From contig CP145425.1 of the NCBI GenBank assembly GCA_036867785.1, forward strand, positions 62,001-126,000: DNA of 64,000 nt, given 5' to 3'. Each line of letters opens with the position of its first letter. The stretch's first letter is position 1. The DNA is from Plasmodiophora brassicae. Taxonomy: Eukaryota. The position numbers and the translations under genes are program-made. The notes under the pieces are model-generated. The model was not told where the DNA came from and made no database searches. It was given only the letters and a program-made list of their open reading frames with translations. Below are positions 22,515-35,461 of this stretch, piece after piece.

Positions 22515-24645
22515 TCAGTAGCCGTTCTTGCACAGGTGCACGCGGGAGAAGACCCGATCCACGATCGGCTTGGACGTCTGGCGGATGGCAGCAACGACAT
22601 CTGATAAGGGGATCGTGGAGCCCAGATCCCAGATGAGGTGGTATTGATCGTCGATCCACGTTCCAAGCAGAAGCAGCGAACCCTTCGCCGTCATGTTCAC
22701 CGCCATGGCAACGTCCTGGTTGATCCGGTCGAAGTCGATCCCGTACTGGCGGGCCACCTGGTCCGGCGTGTCGGGACGGTACCGGGTACCTGACGTCAAC
22801 CGGAACGCCACAATCGACCAGTCCTCTAGCAACCTGAACAACGCCGCCCTCCCGTCAGCTAGAGTTGCACAGATCCACACGCCCCGGCCCGACTGTTTCG
22901 CACAGGGGCTGCCCGATATCGCAAAGTCGAGGTCGGATGCAATGACAGAAAGCGAATCAAGTGGTGACTGCGACGGTCGTGATGGTTGGCAGGCATCTGT
23001 TCACCGTCAACAGCTGCGATATTCAAGAGCGAACGAACGTCGTACGTTGAAGAGAGGACGCGATGGCGGAAACATCCAGACTGCCGGCGATAAACGCCAG
23101 GGACACTCGGGGAGGGCCTTGCCAGACATCAGGGGCGCCCACATGGTACCGTCGGTTGCCACTCAGGTGGACCTCTCGGAACGTGGACCGCTCAAAGTCG
23201 AACCACAAGAACCCTGTTGCAATCGGTTAGGGAGATCTCCCGCGCAGACTCTACGAACGAGGACGGGCCACCTTTCATTCGGGCAACGTTACTGGGCATC
23301 TGGTGATGAAGCCAGTCCTGGAATGCCGCAAGACGAAGCGGGTCGTTCGATTCGAACACGAAGCTCTGCATGTTGTCGTCGGCGGTCGGATTCCTTGTAG
23401 GGACTTGTCCGGCGGGAACGCGATCCGTCCTGCGAAGTGCACCGCCGGCTGACGACATGGCCAGGGGACGCTGCGCCAGCCGCCCTGACTCATGCGCGAC
23501 AACCTGACCTGTCAGCGATCCCTAGTTAGCGTGGACGAACGGTCATGATCAGACGCACAGGTGGATACCTGATGGGTTCACATCGCGTTCGATATCGAGA
23601 AGATCGTGAAGTGGAACGTTGCCGAATGTCGCGCGCAACGTTCGCACACCAGGAACCATCTCGCGGACGTATCGTTCGACAGCGCTCGCCCTACAATGCT
23701 ATGGCGTTATCGCCAGTCGATAAGCGTGAATGATGCACCCAACTGGTCGTCGTCGAGTAGGTCCGTCTTGTTAAGGACGACAACGTCTGCGGCTAGCAGT
23801 TGACGTTCTTGGGTCCAGGACCGCGTTGCAGACGAACCCGACGATAATCGCTCTGACAGGACATCCGAATCGACAACGGTGACCACTGTAAGGTGGCTCA
23901 GGGTGGACGCCCCCCTTCAGGCCCGGGTCGGAACGTACCGCAGTCAAGGCGGCACCTGGTCATCGGGCCGTACCTGCGTTCCAGTCGAGCAATAATGTGG
24001 ACAGGGTCAGTGACGCCACTGCCTCCCGTGCGACACGTTCAGATGGGTTTGCATCGGCGAGCTGTGGCAATGCTTGTACCTGGTCTCGATGATGATGGCA
24101 TCTGGAGGCACGTGCTCGCAGTCGTCGGACGACTTCAAGATATGCCCGACAACTTCCTCGAACTTCCGCTCCACGTCGCCCACACAGCACATGCCTGTCG
24201 CTCGGCGGGTGACTCTTCAGGTACGACCCGCAGTCGCTACGTGGCGTACATCCATTCGATAGCTCAACGATGGTCGTGTCCGGGATGGGCATCGATGACG
24301 ACCGAATCGACGCAGCATCGACGTTGAGGGCGGCAAAGTCGTTCACGATGGCAACGATCCGCAGGTTCCTCTTGTTCCGCAGCACATGCTTCACCAGCGT
24401 CGTCTGAAACGCCCTCATTCACCGCACACGACACAGCCGGACGGGTCAACAGTCGAACCTTGCCGCCGCCGAGTTCACCCTGTGTGGGACGACGCGGCGT
24501 TAGTCGACAACGACCACGGGCGACAGTACGGGACGCCGACCGTGATCAGCGTGACCGGGCACATGGGCTTCTTCCTGGAGTCGGCAAAGATGACCGTGTT
24601 CTCGAACCGATTGAACAGGTTGACGGACGCGCACTCGAGATCCAT
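22515..24645 (-). CDS. CobW/ZNG1 (COG0523) metallochaperone GTPase with C-terminal extension, multi-exon
   Basis: Spliced PVTLIT|GELGGGK|TTLVKH, IVNDFAALNVDA, ELSNGCMCC, IIIETSGVTDP, VVLNKTDL, NVARMKG. Confidence 0.88.
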
Positions 24646-24785
24646 GGGGGCGTTGGCCGCAAACGCGCCCCCCTCCGGCGACGTGCGCAACTGCAAACGG
24701 GTCGACTGGCGCACGCGTTACACGCGCGTGCGTGGGCGCAGTCGACAGTCGTCCCGATTGCAGCGCGCGGCGCGGAAATCCGGAC

Positions 24786-25258
24786 ATGATCATGACCAGC
24801 AAGGTGCACTTTGAGGTGTTCGGTAAAGTTCAGGGTCGGTGTCGTGGCGACTATGCGTGTGATTGGTGCCGGCGTTGCTGACGGCTAGGCCATGCGGCCA
24901 GGCGTGTTCTTCCGTCGCGACACGCAGGCCGCAGCGAAACGGTTGGCACTTGAATGCGTGTTTGGTGCATGCCGACCCGGGTCCTTGATTGTCGGTGATG
25001 GGCAGGCTGGGCGTGACCGGATGGGTTCGTAACACGCCGGACGGCACCGTCGAGGGGGAGGCCTTCGGTGATGCCGCGTCCGTTGACCAATTGTCTGTTT
25101 CGCGTGATTTCCCGTTGATATGGGTTCCCCTAACGACTCGCGTTAGCAAGAAGTGGGTGTCGACGGAAGGTTCCAAGAAATCCAGGATTGACCGCTGCGA
25201 ATTCTCCGACAACATTGTCGACGGAACCCATTCGGCATCGTTCGACGTTGTCCGCTAG
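24786..25258 (+). CDS. Acylphosphatase, 4 exons
   Basis: FEVFGKVQG|VFFRRDT...LGVTGWVRNTPDGTVEGEAFG. Confidence 0.92.
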
Positions 25259-25496
25259 GCTTTGCGACACATCATCGTTCGTGCGCTTCATACACGTTTC
25301 CGGGGCACATGCCCGAGTGGATAACAGAGCAATGCCCAGGTTGGATGTTTCGTTATACGCGACCAGCGACGTACCCCACCGTCGCGAACTGCAGCGTGCC
25401 CGGTGACTGGTGAGCGTCGGGCCGGACGACTGCGGGACCGGGGGCAGTTTATTTCGGGAGCGTCGCGTTGGGGAGATCGTCGTCGATGGGGTCGTG

Positions 25497-28400
25497 ATGG
25501 GCGAGCGCCCGGAGGACGATGGCGACGGCGGCGGCATCCCCGACCTCGGCGGGTACGTCGACGAGGTCGACCTGGATCCGCGCCTGCGCGACCTCGATGT
25601 CGACGCGATCGCCGACGAAGACGCGCTGATCCCGTATCTCCCGGATCTCGACGCCGAATTCTCGGCGGCCTTCTCCTTTCGATCCGGTGAGCGTCGTTGT
25701 CGTCCGCCCTACTGTGTCGTTGCCGATTTGCCAACGCTGTTACGCAGAATCCCGTCGTCTTGCACGACCGAAATCCCTGGATCCGATTTCGCTGAAGAAC
25801 GCGGCGCTCGCCAGGCATCGGTACGCGGCCCAGACGGATGCGGAGGACCGCGCCCAGCTTGTCGATGCGATCCGGCTTGGGTTGGCGGCGTTCTCGCCCT
25901 GGATCAACGTCCAGCTCAAGGATGGGTCGGGGAACCATCGATCTGTTCGCCCTGAGCAGGTCCACAAGGAACTCACCCGCATTGCCGAACAGTGCCATGT
26001 GGGTCGCTGTCGCCCTGCGTTGCGATTCATTGGTGTAACGGTGCCGTTAGGCATTGCTTGCACGGGAGGCAACGCTGCTGAAGTTCGTGTACCGCAATGG
26101 TACCAGTGCGATCTGTCGGCATCGGGAGTTCGCTCGACGAGCGTTCTTCGTTGTCTGGCGTCTCAAGAGCTCGGCATGTGTTCTGTCGTATAGCATGGCG
26201 TGCCACCTGTATCGGTCCCATGCGCTGAAGGTTAGCAGCTGTCTGGCGTAATGTGACTTGTCGACAGCTGACCATGGAGGCAGCGTGCCTGGCGGTCGTG
26301 GTGTGCGGCAAGATCCTTCACCGAAGATCGACGCCTTCTCGACGAATATGCGTTCGCTATGCACTCCCGACGTATACGAAGGGATGCGAAACTGTTACTT
26401 CAACGCTGGCGATTGACTTTACGACTTCACAAGTTGCATTCGTCGACCAGGTAATCGTGACGCTACAATGACTGCCTGATGTCGCTGAATCGCGATTTCA
26501 GGCGCACCCGAGTCCTGTCCCGTTGCCTCCGACAATGGGCACGGGCCCTGTCATTTCGACAATCCCGCAAGCTGATGTCCCGGGCAACCGCCGATTTCGA
26601 CGAAAGCAAGCGGGCTCTTGACGAGGCACGCGCTGTTATCGCTATGGAACGCCAACGTCAAATGCGGGCCCGTGTTCGGTCGGCGTTCAACACCTGGATG
26701 TCTCGGGCTCGTCGGTCGAAATGTCTGCAGGCGTTCCGGGAGCGGCGTGATCGTCGGTACAAATCGTTGGCCCTTTGGAAGTCAGTCCTTCGGTTTCCCG
26801 CGCGTGCTCTTGAACGTGCTCATGAACACTGTGTGCAGATGGGCGTTCGTTACGTCCGCGTTATCAGCCGGTGTTAAGCAGAAGCGAATTTTGCATTGCG
26901 CCGACTGTGGGTCAGTCATGAGGCAGTTCTGGTATGAGGACGACACGAATACTGGCGCCGCTGTCTCTTCGCATCAAGAACCTTCCGAGGACCTGCTGAA
27001 GCGTTTGCAGGACACTGAAGCTCGGGAAGCGGAAGCCAGGGAGAACGTTCGACGATTAGAGCGCACTGTTGCTATGCTGAGGGATCAGCGCGACAGCCAG
27101 GCGCCCGCGAGGCGCCCGTCATTGACGTCTTGTGAAACGCAGACGGACTTCGGCGAGCAACCCCAGGCGAGCGCTTCCGACTCGGAAGAAGTCGCCGAGC
27201 TCCGTCTGTCCCTAGAGCGCGCCGTTAACGTTTGTAACCGCCTCAAGAAGATCGTTATACAGCTGTCGTCTCCGACGATCCATCAGAGGTCGCAATCAGC
27301 GGCGCAATGCTGGGACCCGTTACCGCCGACGCATCCTTCTCGACATTCCGAACCCATGATCTGTCATCCTGACGGGCAACCACAGGCCGAGAGAGCCGTG
27401 AACCGGTTTCGCCGCCTTGCTTCTCTCATCGTTCGCGTGTTTCCCTCAATTGGATTCGATGATTCGCTTTTGGATTCGGAGGAATCGCAGGAAGCTTTCT
27501 GCCACACCGTCGATGACCTGTTCAAGTCGTTTGGTGTCCGCAACGCCATGGTGACCTCGAATGAACCGCTCCTGTCCAGTGTCCCCGTTCGGGCGTTGTC
27601 CATCTCGGGCCTTCCCGCATTATCCGACGATGCCAAATTCTCCCGAAACGAGAACAGTGGCTCGCTCCCACCGTCTGGTCCGTCGTTCGCTCGGATGGCG
27701 TCGTCGGATCATTCTGTCGCATCGAGCGGATCTTCTTCCAGCTCGCCTGGTCACTCCGACTCGCGTACTGCGACCGCGCCGGTCTGTCGCTCACTGTCTC
27801 GGTCCTCTCTTGGCGCTTCGTCTACGGAATTTGCTCAGACGTCCCCTGGAAAGGAAGCTGGGACTGCCGCTTCACATCCCGCCAGTGATGAAGCTCATCC
27901 ATCGGAAGACAAATCTGTTGCAGCGTATCCGTCTGCCGTTGAAGTTGAACCTACAGACCTGGTCGTCGTTAACCCCTCGGAACAAGCGAACAAGGTTATC
28001 GATCCGGGCCCTGCTTTGTCGGATGACGCGCCGGCCCCATTGCTGGCTCCGCCTACATCGAGTAGCCAACCGGTCTTGTCCTTATCTGGCGGCAACGATT
28101 TGGGTCAGCACACTTCGCTACCGAGTGAATCCGTTGGCGACATCGTCCCAGGACATTCAAGCACATCCGAACCTGTCTCGTTGCAGAATCTCTTAGAGGA
28201 ACCGTCGCTGTCGTCACGACGTGTTTCCGCAAACGTTGACATACCCTCTGTCTGGGGCACCGATGTGGTTCTAGCTCCATCAACCGAAACGTGGGACATG
28301 CCTGCGGCTACCGAGCCAATTGGATTATTTCAGAGCCCCAACGATTACCAACAGTGTGCTCCTGTGGTCGTTGAACCTTCACAAGACAACGGCGCAAATG

Positions 28401-30694
28401 TCCTTGCCGCGCCTGCGGAGCCTGCTCTGCCAAGAACCGTTTCGGCATCGTCGCCTGAATCAATTACATCACCTGCGATAACTCCTCATAATCACATAGA
28501 TGGGGATAGACATGCTGCGATCGACAACAACGAGAAGATGTCGGGTGGCAAGCCTACCGGTCCAGGTCCCTTTCTGTCGAAGGGTTCGCCTGACCCTGCT
28601 TCCTATAACGAGCCCATGAAGTCATCACAGGACCCTGCAAGTGTTGACCAGCGTGATCCGGTCCCGAATGAACTCAGTCAGGCCAGCGCGTCAAGTTGTC
28701 CAAGTGTGCCTGTTATACCTGCGTTACCAGGGTCTCTGCCGGATTGTGTCACTGAGTCTCGCTTCGCACGCCCTAAAGATGATGATCGAACTGGCCGACC
28801 TACTTCGAACGACGTCGAGGCAGCATTGGGCGCCACTGTCACTGCACGAGAACCAGATTTCAGTCAGGTCACCGCGTCAGGTCGTCCAATTTTACCTGTT
28901 ATACCTGCGTTGCCAAGACCTCTGCCAGAACGTGTCACTGAGCCTCGCTTCGTACGCCCTAAAGATGACGATCGAACTGGCCAACCGACTTCGAAGGACG
29001 CCGAGGCAGCATTGGGTGCCACTGACACTGCACGAGAACCAGAACTCAGTCAGGGCAGCGCGTCATGTCGTCCAAGTTTGCCTGTTATAGCTGCGTTGTC
29101 AAAGCCTCTGCCGGAGCGTGCCACTGAATCTAGTTTCGCGCGCCCTAAAGATGACGATCGAGCTGGCCAACCGACTTCGAGCGACGCCGACGCAGCATTG
29201 GGCGCCACTGTCACTGTACGAGAAGCAGACGTGATTGATTCGTCACGAACCCAGTGTACTGAGCCACGGCAGTCGACCTCGGACGATCTGCCTGACCAAA
29301 CATCGACAATCGGTCGCCATCCTTCTCCAGGCGTTTTGTCTGTATATGATTCAGAAGCGCCAACAAACGTGCCGCAGGGTTCATCGCCAGAACGGCTTAG
29401 GGGAGCGACGTCCAATCGAGATGCTGTTGACCCATCCGGGCCTCCATTGGCGACCACGACATACCCTTCAGCGTCTTCGCGTGTATCGTCCTGTGAATTC
29501 GACGCCGCGTCGTCGATGGCGCTGGTATATTCCAGCTTTCAGGCAACTGCGGGTGGAACAGGCCGCGTTAGCCGTTCTGCGCTCAAGGCTGCTCTTGGGC
29601 AGATCATCGGCAACCCATTATCCTCTGCCGACCTCTCGTCCTGGTGTCGCGTCCTTCTGCCTCTGGCCGACGACAATGCGAACCGGGTCAATTGGCAACC
29701 CCTGTTCAGTGTTCCCACACAGGCTTTTGTGGCCCGCCGTGCCCTTCTCGACATCGTATCTGATCTGCGTCTGTCGGCTCTCCGTCTCCGGTGCCTTCGC
29801 CGTGCAATGACGGTCTGGAGGCGCTCCTTTCTGCGCCGTTGCCGTCTCGCGGATGCTGCCAACTCGGTTGAGCGTCGCACCGAATCAAGGCTGCTGTCGA
29901 CAGCGTTCTCCACATGGCGCTCGCGATGCCGACGAATCACCAAGGCGCAGCAGACCCTTCTCCGCGTGTTCTCCTCCGTCTCTCGTCGTCGTATGTCCAG
30001 TGCGTGGCATCGATGGCGTCGTTCATGCGAACCGACGATCGAACCTGCAACCGTTCCCGCAGAACGCGCCGTCCCTGCCCGGACGGTCAACCGTCTGTAC
30101 CTCCATCTGTACTGGCTCGGCTGGCGCCTAGCGTTCTGTCTCCGGCGCTCCAGGGCCGACGACGATCGTCCGGTCGTTGTGGCGTTCTCCGCTCATCGGC
30201 AACAGCGTGCGGCATACTTCTTCAGATGGCGATGCGCTGCTCTCGTCCGCTGGCTTGGCGAGGCCCAAATGCTGGAGCGCATCCAGTCATCGACGTATGC
30301 CAGACGGTTGGCGTTGACGTCGATGAAGAGTGCCGTGCGTCTGCACGACGTCATCGATCTGCAGTCCAGGACGAGTGCTCGTCGTCGGTTCTTCGCTGCG
30401 TGGTACCACCATTGGCACATCGTCCGCCTGCGACGATTGCCTCTCGTCCGACTCGTCGACCACGCTCGCATTCATCGCCTGCGCCGCGCATGGAGCATAT
30501 GGGCACGACGTCCTATCCCGGCGGCCGCCGCTGAGGCGCCCGCCGACGACGACGGCGCCGCTGCGGCTCTGGACCAGGTCCTGGTCGAGGTTCGAGCTCT
30601 GAGGCGACGAGTCCTGCTGAGGCGGGCGATGACGGCGACCCGGGAGGTCGACCCTGCTGGCGTGTTCGCACGCGACCTGCTGTCGCCATGTTGA
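25497..30694 (+). CDS. Large protein with Sfi1-like Trp repeats, coiled coils, a disordered core and three 62-aa tandem repeats; 5' exons uncertain
   Basis: Long ORF 26618-30694; repeated motifs RRAMTVWRR, STAFSTWRSR, SSAWHRWRR, RRAWSIWAR; upstream exons with the same RxxxxW pattern. Confidence 0.6.
28669..29226 (+). repeat. Three in-frame 186 bp tandem repeats (62 aa, ...RFARPKDDDRTG...AALGATVTARE)
   Basis: Anchor actga at 28751, 28937 and 29123 gives a 186 bp period. Confidence 0.95.
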
Positions 30695-30725
30695 TTCTGT
30701 AAAGTTTATGTACTGCCGTCCACCG

Positions 30726-32089
30726 TCATGACGCGGGCGCCGGCGCTGTTCGGCACCGCATCTGCGCCAGGCCATCGTCGCCGACGTTCCACACGCAGAC
30801 GAACGCGTTAGCGCACCCGGAATATATCTGGTCGGGCCTGGGGGTAAGGGCACGCATCACGTTCAGATTCGCATTCGGTCGCCGCGTGACGCTGTGCCGG
30901 CCCGACCGCGTCATGTCGGCCGCAATGCAGGTGGAGTACGACGCATCTGGGATCGTCTGGGTCTGGGCTGCGCCAGCTCCATCGTCGAGGTTCCAGATCC
31001 GCAACGTGCTATCTGCAAGGCGGTCCCGCGTCGTCGTCAGCACCTGCGAGGGTCACATCCAGAAAGACCGCCCTATAGACCTTTGCCTGTGGAAACGGCT
31101 CTGCTCAAACGACCGTTAGACATATTCACGCGCGTGTGCCGGCGCCCTGGTCGTGATGGCCGACCTCGGTACTGTCCCGGGAAGGAACGCGCACGAGCGG
31201 ACGGACTGCTCGTGGCCGGTGAACGTCGCCAGCAGCGACATCTTGCGAAGGTCCCACAAGCGCAGGACGCAGGCGTCCTTGTTGAACCCGTTGTATCCGG
31301 TGATGGCCTGGTAGCCGTTCCTCGAGACGTCGCAGCACAGCTGACAGTGCGTTCCGTTCAGCGGGGAGGGCCACACACACACACACGCGCCCATCGATGA
31401 AGAGGAACCCACCGCGAAGTCGGTCCCGCCGGGGAACTTCTGCGCCAGCTTCCCTGTTCGCGAATCCCACACGCGCACGAGGAGATCCTCGCTGCACTGC
31501 AGGACGCTGGCCGAATCCGGGATCCATTTCACGGCCGTGACGACGTTCAGCTCGGTCTCGTTCGTCGTCAGGCGCCGGCAGGTCGCCAGGTCCCAGAACG
31601 ACACGTTGTAGTCGCGTGCACCGCTGCAGACGAACGTTTGCTCCGGGTTAATCGTCAGCCCGGTCACCGGTAATCGATGGGCGTCTGCCACGGTTGAGAC
31701 CGCGTCCGCCTGCCCCGCCCTCCAGACGCGTATCGACCTGTCTCTGGAGCAGGAGATCGCCCTTCTCAGTTGGTTGGCGTACAGCACCTGCAAAGGGGCG
31801 CAACGTTAAGGGACCCGTGCCCAGCGATCAACGCGCGAGCCGTTACCTTGCTGACGGAAGATGTGTGGCCCTTCCAGCGATCCAGGAGACGGTCCTCGGC
31901 CCAGTTAAACCTGGCGATCGTGGCGTCGTTGGATGCGGACAGGAACACGTCCGGGTCCTCGGTGGCGCACACGTCGACAACGATGTCGTCGTGGACCTGC
32001 GTCCCACATTGCGCGGTGGCGGGCGGTCCCGGCGGCGTCCCCTGCCGCTCCCTGTACTGCCCACGCTTGGAGCAGCATGTATTGCCCAT
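30726..32089 (-). CDS. WD40 repeat protein (WDR31-like) with N-terminal MGxxCC acylation motif
   Basis: MGNTCCSK; SCSRDRSIRVW, SGARDYNVSFWD, QCSEDLLVRVWD, LRLWDLR, FTGHEQSV. Confidence 0.85.
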
Positions 32090-32202
32090 TGGTAACCGAC
32101 GACGACGACTAACCTCACCGGGTCGACGGGGGGCGTACCTGTCGATCTGCTCGTTCAGGGACGACCTGTGGCGACTCCACATTGTGCTGCCGCGCCCAGC
32201 GT

Positions 32203-32679
32203 TTATTCGGGGTCTTTGCTTAGATAGGAGAGGATCCGTGCTTCAATGGCGTGCTTATCGTTGTCCTTGATCAACGGCCGAATCGTTGCCGCCTGCAGTT
32301 TGCCGATAAAGTTCTCATTGACCGCGCCGTTGAACGTTCCCCGCTGGGTAATGCCGATCGTGTTGCCTCCGTTTGTAAGCTTGCCCGCAAAGGTGCACCC
32401 GGTTAGACGACCGTGCAGGATCTTTCCGTTGAGGATAAGTGCATTGGCGATGCTTCCGCTGTAGAACGTCCCTTTGAGGACGCCGTTGTTGATCTGCATC
32501 GTGATGGTTTCCCTAGCAGGCCCAGGCGGGCACGGATCAGTAAAGTACGTATCGTTGCCGCCGTTACTGATCTGGCCGGCGAATGTCCCGTCGACGTGGA
32601 CGTTCACGATGGTGCCCGTAAAGAGACCATCACGATCGACGGTTCCATTCAGGACACAGTTGCTGATTGTGTCCGGCAT
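32203..32679 (-). CDS. Gly/Thr/Asn-rich hypothetical protein with internal duplication, possible beta-solenoid; start uncertain
   Basis: Protein-like ORF; GTFAGQISNGGNDT and CTFAGKLTNGGNTI repeat. Confidence 0.55.
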   Translation of the reverse strand: MPDTISNCVLNGTVDRDGLFTGTIVNVHVDGTFAGQISNGGNDTYFTDPCPPGPARETITMQINNGVLKGTFYSGSIANALILNGKILHGRLTGCTFAGKLTNGGNTIGITQRGTFNGAVNENFIGKLQAATIRPLIKDNDKHAIEARILSYLSKDPE

Positions 32680-33068
32680 GTTGCTGTTCTTCGCGAAGCG
32701 CCAATACCAGGTGCCGTCGCCCGGTCGTTATTGCAATGACACGAACATTGGCACGCGCTCACACCGAAGGACTGTTCTCCAGCTGGCCACCAGGTGGACT
32801 TGACACAATAGCCGATGGCACGCGCTATGTACGACCATACCGAACTCGATGCCAGGATACACACCCGGACAGCCAAGTTACGGGAGCCTCGCTGGGCGTT
32901 CCACTGGAGCGCGTCGGGCGACCGTCCTGTCCGATAATAGACAACAAGGCGCGAGCGAGCATGGGGATCCATCTGTCACTGTAGTGATACTGTCTGCCTA
33001 ATCAGGGTGGGTGTGTGTGTGTGTGTGGGGGTAGCGGTCGGCGACAATCCAGACGCGTGTGACGGCTA

Positions 33069-34011
33069 CTACCGCTTCTTCGTGATCGTCTCGACGGTCT
33101 GTCGCAGGACGCGCGGGACCGACTCGAGGCTGATGATGTCGACGGCGGCCAGCGTGAACACGGTCACGCCGGCCACCAGGGCCGCCAGGGCGACCGCTTT
33201 GGCGAACCCGTCCGCCTTGCCGCCTGCCGAGTGACGCGACCCGGCCGCCCGCTTGGGCGATTTGACGCGCGCACCGCTGGCCGGCGCCGCGTTCGCCTTC
33301 TTCTTCGCCGGCTCCTTCGTGGACGCCGGCGCCGCCGTCGCCTTCTTCGCCTTCGCAGACTGCGTCTCTGTCAGCGCAGCGCCAGTCAGAACGACGACGA
33401 CGCCAAACGACGATCAGCACCGCGTCATACGCTTCTGTTTCGGTTCGGACCCCTTGATGTAGACCGTCTCGTCGACGACGGCGAACTTGTCGGCCTGGCT
33501 CTCGACAAAGTCGCGGATCGTCCCGAATTTGCTCCTGGAGCGACACGCCCTCGGTCAGACCGGCCAGCACGACAACAGATACCGAGGCCGCCCCCTACTT
33601 GAATTTCTTGTTCCACGACGACTTGGTCGCCTGGAAGATCTTCTCGCCGACGCCGGCCAGCGGCAGCGCGTTGCTGGGCGGTGGCGTGTTGACGATCAGC
33701 GACCGAATGAATCCGGCCATCTGCTCGGGGGTGGACAGCGGCGCCGGGCCGGCCGGCTTGGCGGCGGCCGCAGGCGCCTTTGCCGACGATTTCTTCGCCG
33801 CCGACTTGGCGTTATCCGGCGACGGTTTCCTATCCGGCGCCGGGGCCTTTGGCGGCGACACCGACCGCGAACCCTGTTTCTTCTCCGCCTGCTGCTGCGT
33901 CTGCTTCTTGGACGGCTTGGCGGACGCGTCCGACGCGGCGCCCTTCGTCGACGGCCTCTCCTTCTTCTTGCCCTTCGACTTCACGGTCTGCCAGTCGTCG
34001 TTGCCGTTCAT
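33069..34011 (-). CDS. Lys-rich protein with a winged-helix (OST-HTH/LOTUS-like) segment and a C-terminal transmembrane helix, 3 exons
   Basis: LAGVGEKIFQATKSSWNKKFK|SKFGTIRDFVESQADKFAVVD; AVALAALVAGVTVFTLAAVDII followed by a basic tail ending KKR. Confidence 0.65.
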
Positions 34012-34358
34012 GGTTCGATGTCCGGCGTCCGACACACACACACGCTAGCGCAGGCTGGGCGAGAACAGGCAGCGCTGGCGGTCAGTCGACGTCGTCTTCG
34101 AGAAAGAGGCGCTGGGCCCGGTGGCGGCAGACAAAAAGTCCGGGCCCAGTCGCGCGTCGCGCGTGTTTTTTTTGGCGTTCGCCCGACTGGCGACTGCAGC
34201 CACGTGGCGTGGCACGCGTCCGGCGCCGACTGCCGAGAGCTGCCGGGTGTCCCGGACACACGCGCAGAATCCCCGCGACTGCAGCCCTGACGGGGAAACA
34301 TGCCGCGGCACCAACCTGGCGCCCTCTCGATCGTCGAGCATAACGGCGATGGTCTTAT

Positions 34359-35047
34359 TTATGGTTTGAAGATGGCCATGGTCGTCATGATGGAGTGCCG
34401 CCAGAGCGTCATGACGTTGCAGACGTACATGCCGCTGGGGATGGCGCTCAGCGCCGGGTACAGGCCCGAGTCCGGGTTCTGGATGCGGGCGAGCATGGGC
34501 AGCCAGATGTCGGCGACGTGCTTGTTGCGGACGGGGACGTGCGCGCGTTCGCCACCGGGGCCGGGCAGGCTGGCGTCGCCCAGGCCGTTCCGGTAGTGCG
34601 TCGCGATCCAGTTCGCCTCGAAGACGGCCCGGTCGGTCTGCTCGACGGGCGGCAGACGCTTCTGCCACTTCATGAGCAGGTTCGGCGTGTTCTGGCAGAT
34701 GACCTCGGCCTGGGCCGGCAGGTCGGGCAGGTACTCCTCCAGGATCCGGAACGTCTCGTCCCCGTACACGCACGGGATCAGGAACCACTTGTCGTCCAGG
34801 TCGTCGACGTGGCATCCGACGCGTTCGACGCGCGCGCGCACCTCCTGCATGATCCGGTTCGTCCTCTCGATCAGCGCCGCCCGCTTCTGCCACCGCGTCG
34901 GTGGCCTCTCGATCGCTACAGGGCAACCCACCCGATCAGACACACACGCGCACCGGCAGTGCACATACGGGACGCATTACGCGCCGTCACCGTCACCGAG
35001 CGCACGCCCGGGCGCACCGCCCGACCCAACCGCGCCCGCCACGCCAT
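34359..35047 (-). CDS. Hypothetical protein with a mitochondrial-presequence-like N-terminus, 2 exons
   Basis: MAWRARLGRAVRPGVRSVTVTARNAS spliced (GT..AG) in frame to ORF 34359-34964. Confidence 0.7.
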
Positions 35048-35461
35048 TGCCCGCGACGGCAAACGCTGCGTGCGGTCCTAGATAAATACAGGAAGCTTGA
35101 TGGACGTGTTCGCGTTGGAGCGGGTAATAGGAGGTACGAAGGGAGGGGGTGATGTCCTGGCGGGTGCGGCCTCCTGGCCGATGGGCAACGAAGTGACGGT
35201 CGTTGTGCTGCACACGTCGTTGTGCGTGTTTTTTTTTGGTGAATATATGGGTTTTCGTGTTTGTTTTTGGGGATCGATGGCGACGTGACGTGACGGCGGG
35301 GCGCGTTGGGGCGGGCCGTCGCCTTTTTTTCGGAGTGCGCGAACCGCCGCCGCCGTCGGGAGCGTTGGAGCGCCCGGCGCAGCAGCAGCAGCAGCAGCAG
35401 GCTGGCGTCGTCGCTGGCGGACGGGAGCGGTGCGCGCCCCGACCGGGGCTCGTCGTCCCCC

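Noticed and set aside
15586-25258. Bacterial-looking genes (thrA-like, tesB-like, ybeY, cobW, acylphosphatase) as a bacterial contig or operon
   Set aside because: Most carry spliceosomal introns, orientations are mixed, and they are interspersed with eukaryote-specific genes
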